From a virus (Duplodnaviria > Caudoviricetes): 31,880 nt of DNA. The notes beneath the pieces are model-generated. The model was not told the DNA's origin, did not search any database, and saw only the letters and a list, made by a program, of their open reading frames with translations. The stretch is from the IMG/VR virus record IMGVR_UViG_3300032257_000078, positions 1 through 31,880 of that record; one strand, given 5' to 3'. Position numbers and translations under genes: made by a program. Below are positions 1-8,004 of the stretch, one piece after another (within the stretch, counting starts at the first letter, position 1; each line of letters begins with the position of its first letter).

Positions 1-55
1 CTGTCCCGTCCCAGGGAATCATCCCGTCAGTCGTCGTTATCTCAATCTCCGTCAT
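1..55 (-). CDS. 5' fragment of a hypothetical protein running off the window (MTEIEITTTDGMIPWDGT...)
   Basis: ATG at 55 overlaps TGA 52-54 (ATGA coupling). Confidence 0.5.
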   Translation of the reverse strand, partial: MTEIEITTTDGMIPWDGT

Positions 56-123
56 CTCGTTCTCCAGTGTCCTGGGCGGACGCAGTGGGTGCCATCTGGG
101 CTTTTGGCGCAGTGTTCGATCAC
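52..123 (-). CDS. 23-aa micro-ORF (MIEHCAKSPDGTHCVRPGHWRTR)
   Basis: GTG start overlaps upstream TGA; stop overlaps next ATG. Confidence 0.4.
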   Translation of the reverse strand: MIEHCAKSPDGTHCVRPGHWRTR

Positions 124-467
124 GGCAACACTCCGGCTGCGTCGAGGGCGCGGAGGAGGGCGCGGAGGTCGGTGGACCCCTCCGACGAAGGCAGGGTCGC
201 ATCTCCGGTCCGCCATGCATGGGCCGACACGTCGATGCCGTTGTAGTTGTAGGCGTACAGGATCCCCTCCAGTCGGCACTTAGCCAGCAGCGCGACGAGG
301 AGGTGGTCAGCCTCCGGGCCGGTTACCAGCGACTCATGAAGGCACCAGTGCTCGGTGCTACCGATGACGCGCTGGGGAGCTAGCGCGGACAGCCCAGACA
401 CTGGCCACCCGCACCACCCCGCCGCTCGCACGGCCAGCTGTACGTCGGGGTTGTTGGGGGTGGTCAT
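120..467 (-). CDS. Hypothetical phage protein
   Basis: ATGA-coupled start MTTPNNPD; globular composition. Confidence 0.7.
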   Translation of the reverse strand: MTTPNNPDVQLAVRAAGWCGWPVSGLSALAPQRVIGSTEHWCLHESLVTGPEADHLLVALLAKCRLEGILYAYNYNGIDVSAHAWRTGDATLPSSEGSTDLRALLRALDAAGVLP

Positions 468-652
468 GGCTGGCCTTCCCATGTGAGCGCGTCAGCCCGC
501 CCCGTGAACACGAGCCATGCAGCGCGCAACCGTCGGCCGAGGCTCGCGTACCCCACCGGGCGCGCAGGCACCCACTTGCCGCTTGGGAGCTGCGTGATGT
601 TCTCCTCGGACCGCAGCACGGACGCGACGGTGACGATGTTCGGATGACTCAT
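464..652 (-). CDS. Small phage protein (WVPARP...RLRAAWLVFTGRADAL type)
   Basis: TGATG-coupled start MSHPNIV; motif resembles a recurrent small phage protein family. Confidence 0.75.
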   Translation of the reverse strand: MSHPNIVTVASVLRSEENITQLPSGKWVPARPVGYASLGRRLRAAWLVFTGRADALTWEGQP

Positions 653-1035
653 CACACCCTCCAATACTGGCGCAGCGCCAGCAGGCAGGCCGTGGTGCTG
701 GCGGCGGGGAATGTGTCGCGCACGATCTGCTCCTCCCTGCACCCCACCTCGGATTCGAACTCGGCGTACCAGCGCATGCCGTCGGCGAACTCCACCGGGT
801 ACACGCGCACGCTGATATACGCTGGGCCCAACGCCGTGAATGCCAGCAGCTCGGTGGCGTGGACGGGGTCGGTGTAGGAGTGGATGCGGTGCCACTCCCC
901 GGCTTCCCAGAGTGATCCGTAGCCGTACTCATCCATGGCGCCGCCCATCGCCAGCGCCGCCTCGACCGCCATCTCCTCCGGCGTCTGGGCGATGCAGTCG
1001 GGGTAGGCTTGGACGTGGGCGGCGTAGGAGGTCAT
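652..1035 (-). CDS. Hypothetical phage protein, possibly ABA-sandwich-like
   Basis: ATGA-coupled start MTSYAAH; YTDPVHATELL and AASTTACLLAL loosely resemble that family. Confidence 0.7.
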   Translation of the reverse strand: MTSYAAHVQAYPDCIAQTPEEMAVEAALAMGGAMDEYGYGSLWEAGEWHRIHSYTDPVHATELLAFTALGPAYISVRVYPVEFADGMRWYAEFESEVGCREEQIVRDTFPAASTTACLLALRQYWRV

Positions 1036-1232
1036 GGCGTAACTCCAAACACAACTCGCCCCCGGATCACCGTCCGCTTGCCGCAGCCCTCGCACACATG
1101 GACAAGCCGCTTGCCAGCAGGCACTACGATCATCGTCGGCGGCTGGTGGTCGGGGTGGTGACACGTGTCAGGCCGCATCGTGTACGACACGGGCCGGGGC
1201 GTCGGGTCGTCTTCGACTGTGTAGGGGGTCAT
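1032..1232 (-). CDS. Small Zn-binding protein (CHHPDH...CEGC)
   Basis: ORF track; ATGA overlaps at both ends. Confidence 0.75.
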   Translation of the reverse strand: MTPYTVEDDPTPRPVSYTMRPDTCHHPDHQPPTMIVVPAGKRLVHVCEGCGKRTVIRGRVVFGVTP

Positions 1233-1357
1233 TCGTCGGACTCCGGAGCGTCACCGAGGAACTCGCTAAACGTCGGGCACCAGATGCCGCACAGAGCGCA
1301 GAACCTCTTTCCGTCCCGAACTACGGTCTCTTCGTGCTTGCAGCCGGCGGCTGTCAT
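1229..1357 (-). CDS. 42-aa Zn-finger-like protein (MTAAGCKH...CALC...), absent from ORF track
   Basis: Translated by hand; ATGA overlap at both ends; CxH...CxxC. Confidence 0.7.
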   Translation of the reverse strand: MTAAGCKHEETVVRDGKRFCALCGIWCPTFSEFLGDAPESDE

Positions 1358-1641
1358 TCGTCGGCCTCCTTCGCGGCGTCGATGCAGGCGCGGAGGGCCA
1401 CCTCACTGGGCAGCCCGTAGGCGTCGGCGAGTTCGGCGTTGGTTGCGTACCCGTCCACCAGCACATCCGGCACGCTCCAATCCCCCTCGATGTGGCACAG
1501 GATGACCCTCCCCAGCGCCACCCGCAGGGCGTCGCGCTCGGCGATGGACGGTGGGTGCTCGGCGTCCACTAGGTTCCACACGCCATCCGGCGTGCTGCGA
1601 TACATGAGGCGGCCGTCAATCAATCGCTCTTCGTAGTACAT
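1354..1641 (-). CDS. Hypothetical phage protein (MYYEERLIDG...)
   Basis: GGAGGA SD upstream; ORF track. Confidence 0.8.
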   Translation of the reverse strand: MYYEERLIDGRLMYRSTPDGVWNLVDAEHPPSIAERDALRVALGRVILCHIEGDWSVPDVLVDGYATNAELADAYGLPSEVALRACIDAAKEADE

Positions 1642-1643
1642 GG

Positions 1644-1922
1644 TCAGTCCTCCTCCTCTGCCGCTGCGATAAGAGCGGCGATCTCATCGGCTGACATTCC
1701 GAGCGCCTCGACGGCCAGCGCTTTCATGTCCTCGACGGCGTTGCTGGCGTGCGTGAGCTGGTCCTGGCTGTACCGGCCGCGTCCCTCGCTGATCCTCGCC
1801 AGGGCCAGGCGCAGCGCGTTGCGCTCGGCGGAGAGGCGCTTAATGATGCCCTGAGAACGCTCCATGCGCTCGACCAGCCGATACCGACCCCTGCTGTCTC
1901 TGTGGGTGTGCTCTTGGTCCAT
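1644..1922 (-). CDS. Coiled-coil hypothetical protein
   Basis: GGAGGGG SD; ATG 1922 overlaps TGA; helical composition. Confidence 0.75.
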   Translation of the reverse strand: MDQEHTHRDSRGRYRLVERMERSQGIIKRLSAERNALRLALARISEGRGRYSQDQLTHASNAVEDMKALAVEALGMSADEIAALIAAAEEED

Positions 1923-1978
1923 CACCCCTCCCCCGCCGCCGCGACGATTGCGCGGGAGAGTGTCTTGGGGTAGGTCAC
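1922..1978 (-). CDS. 18-aa micro-ORF (MTYPKTLSRAIVAAAGEG)
   Basis: GGAGG upstream; GTGA overlap at start, TGATG overlap at stop. Confidence 0.45.
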   Translation of the reverse strand: MTYPKTLSRAIVAAAGEG

Positions 1979-2208
1979 GCTCGGTCCTCCACCGACGGCT
2001 TCGACCCGCCAGGCGCCTTGCCCTTATAGACCTGCGACTTCGGGAGGCGCTCGTCGCTGCCCGGCACGCCAGGCGTCCTGATGTGAGCGTACTCGCCCTC
2101 GTACCGGATCAGCACATGCAGGCCCGCTCGCTCCTGTCCTGTCCTGGGGTCATGGATTACCCGCAGGACGTCCCCTGGCTGCGGCCACACTCGCTTTCCC
2201 TTTGCCAT
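1975..2208 (-). CDS. Small beta-barrel (SH3-like) hypothetical protein
   Basis: GAGGAG SD before MAKGKRVWPQPGDVLRV. Confidence 0.7.
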   Translation of the reverse strand: MAKGKRVWPQPGDVLRVIHDPRTGQERAGLHVLIRYEGEYAHIRTPGVPGSDERLPKSQVYKGKAPGGSKPSVEDRA

Positions 2209-2383
2209 CAGCGCACTCCTCGCACAGCATCCTGACGTTGCCGGAGGACTCGACCGCCTCGAGCCTCTCGACCGCACTGGACAGCATGTTGACCTGCCCG
2301 TGCATGTTCCAGCACCTGCCGCGGTGACCCGCCCTGCAGGTACCGGAACGACACTCGCATCGCGTGATCTCGCGCGCGTTCAC
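2150..2383 (-). CDS. Cys-rich protein (RCECRSGTC...H.GRC...LCEEC), HNH-associated Zn-scaffold-like
   Basis: ORF track; Cys pattern. Confidence 0.55.
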   Translation of the reverse strand: MNAREITRCECRSGTCRAGHRGRCWNMHGQVNMLSSAVERLEAVESSGNVRMLCEECADGKGKASVAAARGRPAGNP

Positions 2384-2385
2384 GG

Positions 2386-2574
2386 CTACAGCCCGAACGC
2401 CCTGCGGAGTTTGTCGGCCGGTGACTCAGGCCGACTGGACCGGATACGCTCGGCGGCCTCAAGCTCTGCCACACGGCGCCTGACTGTCACCAGCTCCTCA
2501 CGCATACGTCTGGCCTCGGCCTGCAGCCGCTTCCCGGCCTCGCTCAGCCGAAGGCATTCCTTGCACTCGCCCAT
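2386..2574 (-). CDS. Coiled-coil protein with N-terminal CxxC
   Basis: MGECKEC start after GGGGG-rich SD. Confidence 0.65.
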   Translation of the reverse strand: MGECKECLRLSEAGKRLQAEARRMREELVTVRRRVAELEAAERIRSSRPESPADKLRRAFGL

Positions 2575-2593
2575 GACTCGCCCCCAGCCTGGA

Positions 2594-2971
2594 TCAGCCC
2601 TCGGTGCCCGCCGACTCGCCATCGGCGTCGGGCTTGCGCGTGCCCTTGGGCTTGAACCCAGGCAGCTTGTGGACGTACACCACGCGGCGCGGCGTCTTGC
2701 CGTCGTCGCCCGGGGCGTCGTTGCCGTGCGTGGTGAGCGACACCATCAGGTGGCACTGCTTCTCCTCGCGCTCGCTGTAGGGGAAGCCGTTCTCGAGTGC
2801 GCGGCGCGCGGCGTTGCTGTAGCCGATCGCCTCGTCCGCGTCGGCGCAGACCACCTCGACGCTGCGGTTGACCGGGATGTTGCGGATGTTGTCCACCAGC
2901 GGCTTCATGTCCGCGGACACGGTGCGGCGGGTGAGGACGTCCTTGGTCTCGACGACGTTCAGGTCGGGCAT
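2594..2971 (-). CDS. Hypothetical protein
   Basis: ORF track; GC3-rich codons; starts 1 nt after upstream stop. Confidence 0.8.
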   Translation of the reverse strand: MPDLNVVETKDVLTRRTVSADMKPLVDNIRNIPVNRSVEVVCADADEAIGYSNAARRALENGFPYSEREEKQCHLMVSLTTHGNDAPGDDGKTPRRVVYVHKLPGFKPKGTRKPDADGESAGTEG

Positions 2972-2972
2972 A

Positions 2973-3527
2973 TCACTGTTCTCTAGATGGTTGTGAGTCG
3001 GCGATGCGCTCCGTTGCGCCCGCCGCAGGCATTTGAGGGCGCGATACTACCGCACCGCCGAGCGCATCGTCCAGAGCCTTCTGCCTTCTTATAGACCAAA
3101 GTGCGCGAAAAGTTCTCTGCACGCTGGAAAGCCGCTGCGCGTCAGCAGTTACGTCGAACGGTGAATACTCCATGTCGATGACCATTTGTTGCACGGACTC
3201 GTGCAGGAGGTCCATGCGCGTGCCAGGGGCAGCACGCCTGGCGCTCTCGACCTGCGCCCATGCCTCGTCGGGGGCCATCAACTCGCCTCCCATCACCCGT
3301 ATGACGGTGTCCATGAATGTCGCCAGATTCGGGAAGAACCGCTCGCTGCGCATGGTGATGCGCACAGCTTTGTCGAGCACGTCTGCCGACACGCGCCCGA
3401 ACTCAGCGGCCCACAGCCCGACAGTGGACTCGCTCAGCTCAGCCGATGGGTATGCCGCCGCCAGTATGGTCAGGGCCTTCTCGATCGGCGAAGGCTCGCC
3501 GGATGTTGTCGATGCTCTTGTCGACAC
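2973..3527 (-). CDS. Replicative helicase loader/inhibitor, G39P-like
   Basis: ILAAAYP...WAAEF...AV......ERFFPNLA and APDEAW motifs; follows the replication initiator; GTG 3527 has AAGGGAG SD. Confidence 0.75.
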   Translation of the reverse strand: MSTRASTTSGEPSPIEKALTILAAAYPSAELSESTVGLWAAEFGRVSADVLDKAVRITMRSERFFPNLATFMDTVIRVMGGELMAPDEAWAQVESARRAAPGTRMDLLHESVQQMVIDMEYSPFDVTADAQRLSSVQRTFRALWSIRRQKALDDALGGAVVSRPQMPAAGATERIADSQPSREQ

Positions 3528-4233
3528 GCGCACTCCCTTGCTGTGGTGCCGCAACGCCAGTGACGCACGGCTTGTTGATGTTCGAGGATAAGGCGCCGAC
3601 GCCCTTGCCCACCTTGGCCAGCCACGGGTCGTCCGACGCTAGGAAGTTCTCGACCCGCTGTGCCAGGTCTCTCCGATCCAGCGCCGCCAGCAGCCTCTTG
3701 GCGCAGGCCGTATCCTTCGTCTTGCTGGGCACATACGCGCATCCCTGAGTCGCCTGATACCGCTGCGAGAACCACGACAGGAAGGCCAGCGCCCGGCTCG
3801 ATGTCGTCGCCGCCTCCCTCCTTGCTGTCTGCTCCTGTCCTCCGGACACCTTCGTGGCTGACGCATGTCGCTTCGTGCGCTTGCGCTCGCGGTCCCGGAA
3901 GCGTTCGGCGTGCTCGGATGCGAGCCCGACGAACAGCCAGCTGCCGGCAACGTCACTCAGGGCGCCACTCTGCAGCAGCTCATCGAGCCCTTCCCTGGCC
4001 TGCTGGCCGGTGGTGGACCGCGGCATGAGCGGCCAGCAGGCGTCGGCGGTGAGGTGCTGCTTCGGCAGGTAGACGTCGCCCGGCCGGCCCGAGTCTGCCT
4101 CCCAGTTGCACTCCCCATGCTCGAGGGCGAGGAACCGGGCCGCCAGGTAGACGTGCGCGGCCACGAGGGAGAGCCCAGCGATGGCCGGGCCGCTCCCCCA
4201 CAGCTCGCTCGTGATGCGCTGGATGCTCGGCAC
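3439..4233 (-). CDS. Phage replication initiator / replisome organiser
   Basis: N-terminal wHTH-like region, basic RDRERKR linker, C-terminal FLSWF...Y...KD...AKRLL...FL.SDDPW domain; lies between annealase and helicase loader. Confidence 0.7.
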   Translation of the reverse strand: MPSIQRITSELWGSGPAIAGLSLVAAHVYLAARFLALEHGECNWEADSGRPGDVYLPKQHLTADACWPLMPRSTTGQQAREGLDELLQSGALSDVAGSWLFVGLASEHAERFRDRERKRTKRHASATKVSGGQEQTARREAATTSSRALAFLSWFSQRYQATQGCAYVPSKTKDTACAKRLLAALDRRDLAQRVENFLASDDPWLAKVGKGVGALSSNINKPCVTGVAAPQQGSARVDKSIDNIRRAFADREGPDHTGGGIPIG

Positions 4234-4244
4234 GGGCTACAGCA

Positions 4245-5252
4245 TCAGAACGGGAGGTGCGCGAGGTCTTCTCCGGGGTCCGCGTTCCACCCCGGCCCGT
4301 CGTCGGCATCGGCGCCGTCATAGGCATCACCGCCGCCCTCGCCGTGCCCCGGGTTGCCGCAGTAGCCCTCCACCGGCTCACCGCTCACCAGCTTGTTGAT
4401 GCGCTCGGCCCACTCGTTCGTCCACCACCCACTGATGTGGTCGCGGTCGCGCTCTCCGGCGCCACAGCCCTTGTCCTTGCACTTGAAGTCGGGGGCCTTC
4501 GGGTTGCGCTTCTCTCGCCGGTTGTCCCAGCAGGGTCCGCCGCAAGCCGGGCAGAGTGCGTGCTCGGTGCACGGCCAGGCGCTGCTGCAGCCCTCTCCGG
4601 GGCAAGGCTGGCCCACGGGGATGCCATGGAACACCGTGCCGGGTGCGGTGGCAGGGATGGCAGGGGTGGCCACCTGAGCGTCGACCCGCGGCGGGGCCTG
4701 CGCAGGCGCAGGTCGGGCTGGCTGAGGCGGGCGGTCAACAGCAGGCTGCCGTGGGGCCGTTCCGAGGGTCGGCGGGACCCAGTGCATCGGCCCCGCGGGG
4801 CCCTTGTGGTACTTGGACCCCGCGGGGCCTCTGCCGGCCACGAGATCAACCCACGTCGTGCCGAGCTTGTATAGCTCGCGACCGAGTCCCCATTGCACGG
4901 CGGCGCGCTTCATCGCACCGGACCAGGCGCCCTTCATGGCCTCGATGTCGCTGCAATCGCAAACGTCGTACTTCCAGACCCACTCGAGGATGCCGTCCGA
5001 CTCACCGACGCACACGCCGATGCCGACCTTGTACCCGGTTGATTGCCCCGCCTTGGTCTCGGTGCCCGAGTTCTGCCAACCCTGCGGGCCGAACGCGGCA
5101 TCAAAGCGGTCCATGACCGTGCGCGCCGTGGGGTAGCACAACACCATCGCGCTGTTGCGGTCGGGGAACGCCTGCTGGATGCGCCACTCAACCTCGTCGT
5201 CGGTGAGCGGGGCCGAGATCAGCGCAAGCCCGCCCTGGAAATCGAGTGTCAT
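4245..5252 (-). CDS. sak: Rad52/Rad22-family (Sak-like) single-strand annealing protein with C-terminal Cys/PDF module and acidic LPF tail
   Basis: APLTDDEVEWRI, YPTARTVMDRFDAAFGPQGW, WVWKYD, EAMKGAWSGAMKRAAVQWGLGRELY signatures; ATGA-coupled start. Confidence 0.9.
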   Translation of the reverse strand: MTLDFQGGLALISAPLTDDEVEWRIQQAFPDRNSAMVLCYPTARTVMDRFDAAFGPQGWQNSGTETKAGQSTGYKVGIGVCVGESDGILEWVWKYDVCDCSDIEAMKGAWSGAMKRAAVQWGLGRELYKLGTTWVDLVAGRGPAGSKYHKGPAGPMHWVPPTLGTAPRQPAVDRPPQPARPAPAQAPPRVDAQVATPAIPATAPGTVFHGIPVGQPCPGEGCSSAWPCTEHALCPACGGPCWDNRREKRNPKAPDFKCKDKGCGAGERDRDHISGWWTNEWAERINKLVSGEPVEGYCGNPGHGEGGGDAYDGADADDGPGWNADPGEDLAHLPF

Positions 5253-6166
5253 GCCTTGCTCCCTTCGTGTGCCTGCCAAAACGGGCAGGCGAAGTTGACG
5301 TTGCACCAGTCGCGACACCGCACTGGGTCGGCCGGCCTCTCCTCGACACGCATCTGCGCGCCGTCCTTGTGGGCCGCGATGTAGCTCTCGGCCTCGATGA
5401 GCGTGTCGCACAACTTGGTGGCGCGCTTGTTCTTGCCCTTCATCACGGCGAAGGTGGCGGGCTTCTCCCAGCGCTGCTCTGGCGGGCACTCGGCTGGGCC
5501 GCCATCCGCCCAACTGCCTGAGTCCCCGTCAGCGTTGCCAAGTGCCTCGCGCTCGGCGATCTGGCGCTCGACCCACGCGACCTGATCGTCGTCCGGCCAG
5601 CACTCCACCCGGATGAGCTGCCAGGCGCACTGCGGGTAGCCCGGGTCGCGCGCAGCCTCGGCCTTGGACCAGTCGCTGATGATCGCCTCGATCGCCAGGT
5701 CGTAGCACTCGGCGCCGGTCTCCATGCGGATCAGCATGGCGTACTCGTTGAGCTGCTGCTCCCACTCGTCGATGGCGCCGGGCTCGCCGGCCATGATCTT
5801 CTTGACCTTGTATGCCTTGCAGACCTTGTAGTCGCGCACGACCGGCGGCAGGGCGTAGTCCACGGCTCCGCTCACCGTGACACCAGCGATGACGGCCGAG
5901 AAGCGCTGCTCGATCAGAGCGCCGTCGCTGTGCTCGACGCCAGCCAGGGCTCCGTGCACGGCGTTGCCGATGAAGCTCGGCACGGAATCGGAGACGTCGC
6001 GCACGATATCCTGGTGGTGCTTGCGCTGGAGATAGCTCATCCAGGCCGGCTTGATGAGGTCGGTTGCGCTATAGTCCGCGCCGCCCTTGCTGTAGGCCCT
6101 CTCGAAGCCGGCCATCGCCGCGACCACTGCCGCGCTGATGCCGTGAAGGTTCGTGACGGTCGACAT
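5249..6166 (-). CDS. PD-(D/E)XK exonuclease, Cas4/RecB-like recombination nuclease
   Basis: YSATDLIKP, GNAVH, SGAVD, DYK, QLNEY, C-terminal RCRDWC...CPFW; coupled to annealase; start MSTVTN. Confidence 0.88.
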   Translation of the reverse strand: MSTVTNLHGISAAVVAAMAGFERAYSKGGADYSATDLIKPAWMSYLQRKHHQDIVRDVSDSVPSFIGNAVHGALAGVEHSDGALIEQRFSAVIAGVTVSGAVDYALPPVVRDYKVCKAYKVKKIMAGEPGAIDEWEQQLNEYAMLIRMETGAECYDLAIEAIISDWSKAEAARDPGYPQCAWQLIRVECWPDDDQVAWVERQIAEREALGNADGDSGSWADGGPAECPPEQRWEKPATFAVMKGKNKRATKLCDTLIEAESYIAAHKDGAQMRVEERPADPVRCRDWCNVNFACPFWQAHEGSKA

Positions 6167-6288
6167 CAGGAGGCCATCCACGCACGGCGGAATCCGCTGG
6201 GCAGCCTGCTGCGCAGAGCCGCCGACACGGCGTACCCGCCGCGCGTTGCGCCCCAGCGAAGGGCCTTTGTCTCGATCTTGCGTTGCAT
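6166..6288 (-). CDS. 40-aa basic peptide (MQRKIETKALRW...)
   Basis: GGAG SD; TGATG coupling to exonuclease. Confidence 0.55.
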   Translation of the reverse strand: MQRKIETKALRWGATRGGYAVSAALRSRLPSGFRRAWMAS

Positions 6289-6450
6289 GGCTCGCTCCAG
6301 AGTATGCATTGGGTTGGTTGATGGTGAGTTTAAGCGTGCATGACCGCGGCTCGGTGCTGCCATAGGAGCCCACCGTGAAATAAGCCCCTCCCCGGGCGGC
6401 AGTCCAACCGCAACAGAAGTCCTGCCATCCTCGGCGCTCGCGCGCCGCAG

Positions 6451-6975
6451 TCATGCACTAGATTCGGTTTCGCGCGCCAGCTTCCCGGCGCTGTTCCTCA
6501 GAAGGTAGGACCACGCCAGCCAGGCGTGCCAGTAACTGCACTCGTGGTCAGCTGCGAACCGCAGCATCTCGACTGAGTCGATGACCACGTCCTGCATCCG
6601 CGAGGCGTCCCAGGTGATGGTGTACCCCGGTCGCCCGAGCCCGATGGCCTTCATCGCGGCGGCCAACCCGTAGATCCTGTCGGGCTCGAGTCCGAGCCGC
6701 CTGGCCGTGCCTCGCACGTAGGTAGGGACAGCGTGGAAGGGTGAGACGCAGAGCGATGGGCTGGGCAGGCCGAGGATGCCCTGGCAGAGCGGCCTGAGCC
6801 TCATCTTGATCGGGCAGGGCGAGCCAGCGGCCCGGGCGTGCCAGTCGAGCACGACGACCGGCCTGGCCCTGACCCACCGGCCATCCGAGGAGAACCGGGG
6901 GCCCTTGTGGTCGCTCGTCCCGAGCCAGTTCAAGCAGCCTGTGGCCGGGTCGTGTTGCGTTCTGAGCTGCGCCAT
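6451..6975 (-). CDS. Degenerate HNH (HNH_3-like) domain protein with C-terminal extension
   Basis: GCLNWLG...RARPVV...LC...LCVSPFH parallels GCWxWxG...RAHRV...HxC..CVNPxHL; own promoter and SD. Confidence 0.65.
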   Translation of the reverse strand: MAQLRTQHDPATGCLNWLGTSDHKGPRFSSDGRWVRARPVVVLDWHARAAGSPCPIKMRLRPLCQGILGLPSPSLCVSPFHAVPTYVRGTARRLGLEPDRIYGLAAAMKAIGLGRPGYTITWDASRMQDVVIDSVEMLRFAADHECSYWHAWLAWSYLLRNSAGKLARETESSA

Positions 6976-6982
6976 GGGCGCC

Positions 6983-6995
6983 CTCCGTTGCGGTT
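6983..6995 (-). repeat. Leader motif copy AACCGCAACGGAG
   Basis: Match to the motif at 10.66-12.07 kb; contains the SD of the HNH-like gene. Confidence 0.85.
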
Positions 6996-7001
6996 CTGAG
7001 C

Positions 7002-7037
7002 ATGCTACCCGAAGCTGTGGCCATGGTCAATGGCCAC
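7002..7037 (-). promoter_or_regulatory. Sigma70-type promoter TTGACC-N17-TAGCAT with operator-like inverted repeat GTGGCCAT-N5-ATGGCCAC over the -35
   Basis: -35 at 7030-7025, -10 at 7007-7002, 17-nt spacer; repeat arms 7017-7024 and 7030-7037. Confidence 0.75.
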
Positions 7038-7067
7038 TCTCTCGCGTGCGCGTGTCGCGTGTGCGCG

Positions 7068-7532
7068 TCAATCCATGAACGGGCCGGCGGCCACGTCTGC
7101 GAGGATGGCGCGTTGATCCCCGGCGATAACTGCCAGGCTGACCCAGACCGTGATTTGAGCAAGCTCCCCGCCGAGGGATTCCGCGACGACCCACACGAGG
7201 AGTGCGTCGCTTTGTGTGGAAGCTGCCTCGTCTGGCGCTCCGAGGCTGTCGATGAGAGTTTGCAGGGCAGCGCTTGATTGGACGCGGTCCCCGGTTCCTG
7301 TCGCAGCCGTAGCCCTGAGGTGCAGGTGCGATGCGGTGTCCCGGGCGATGGCGTCGCACGCAAACCGTCGCATACTGTCGTCCCAGATCCCGCCGGCGAG
7401 CGCGCCAACCGCGCCGCCCCAGATGCTGTCCGTCTCGAGCAGCGAGCGCTCGAAGTCCCTGCGCCAAGCGTGGTCGCGAGCGAGCCAGATGGTGCCGGGC
7501 ATGAAGTGCGCGTCAATCATCGGAGTGTGCAT
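7068..7532 (-). CDS. Hypothetical protein
   Basis: TAATG coupling; RRFACD and QRAILAD segments look phage-like. Confidence 0.65.
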   Translation of the reverse strand: MHTPMIDAHFMPGTIWLARDHAWRRDFERSLLETDSIWGGAVGALAGGIWDDSMRRFACDAIARDTASHLHLRATAATGTGDRVQSSAALQTLIDSLGAPDEAASTQSDALLVWVVAESLGGELAQITVWVSLAVIAGDQRAILADVAAGPFMD

Positions 7533-7780
7533 TAGAACGGCTTCTCGTATTCGGGATCATAGTGTCCGTGCGAGCACACGCTACACGGGTCGTCGAACGG
7601 TCGCTCGTCCTCATCCCACTGCGCGCACTCCCAGCAGATGCCGAGCGTCTCCGCCAAGTCGCGCGCGGCATCCTCCACGGTAACCTCCTCGGGCTCGCCG
7701 ACTCGCCACTTTCCGCACGTCAGGTATCTCACGGCGTGCACCAGCGCGGCGGCTTCGATGAGCAGCTCCGGGTCGTTCAT
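7532..7780 (-). CDS. Acidic Zn-finger protein (CWEC...CSVC) ending in EKPF
   Basis: ATGA-coupled start MNDPELL. Confidence 0.75.
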   Translation of the reverse strand: MNDPELLIEAAALVHAVRYLTCGKWRVGEPEEVTVEDAARDLAETLGICWECAQWDEDERPFDDPCSVCSHGHYDPEYEKPF

Positions 7781-8004
7781 GGCGCGAAGTCCAGGCCGGT
7801 GTCCCCGTCGCCGGTGCGCTCCTCGCACCTCGGGCACCACGCCATGACGGGGTCAGCCTCGAAGTCAACCGACATCAGGCGGCCATCGAGAGCGCGGAAC
7901 CATGCGGGATATGCGACCTGAACATCGGGCGAGCCGCACTTATCGCACACCGCGTCGGTGGGGATGATTGGCGCCATCGGCGCCGTGTCTTCCTCAAGTG
8001 TCAT
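7777..8004 (-). CDS. Zn-ribbon protein (CDKCGS...WCPRC)
   Basis: ATGA-coupled start; two CxxC pairs. Confidence 0.75.
   Translation of the reverse strand: MTLEEDTAPMAPIIPTDAVCDKCGSPDVQVAYPAWFRALDGRLMSVDFEADPVMAWCPRCEERTGDGDTGLDFAP

Noticed and set aside
3836-3848. TGTCC-TCC-GGACA palindrome as origin iteron within the initiator gene
   Set aside because: Single copy with no adjacent AT-rich tract; insufficient support
5249-6166. Cas4-like nuclease as evidence of a CRISPR system
   Set aside because: No other cas genes or repeat-spacer array; coupling to a Sak annealase fits a standard exonuclease/annealase pair
6289-6454. N-terminal extension of the exonuclease ORF to 6454
   Set aside because: Unstructured sequence covering a likely intergenic region with TAAACT and an AC-rich leader; start at 6166 is TGATG-coupled
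7002-7277. Cys-rich + strand ORF
   Set aside because: Antisense to a coupled minus-strand gene and overlaps a minus-strand promoter; the Cys come from CGCGTG low-complexity repeats
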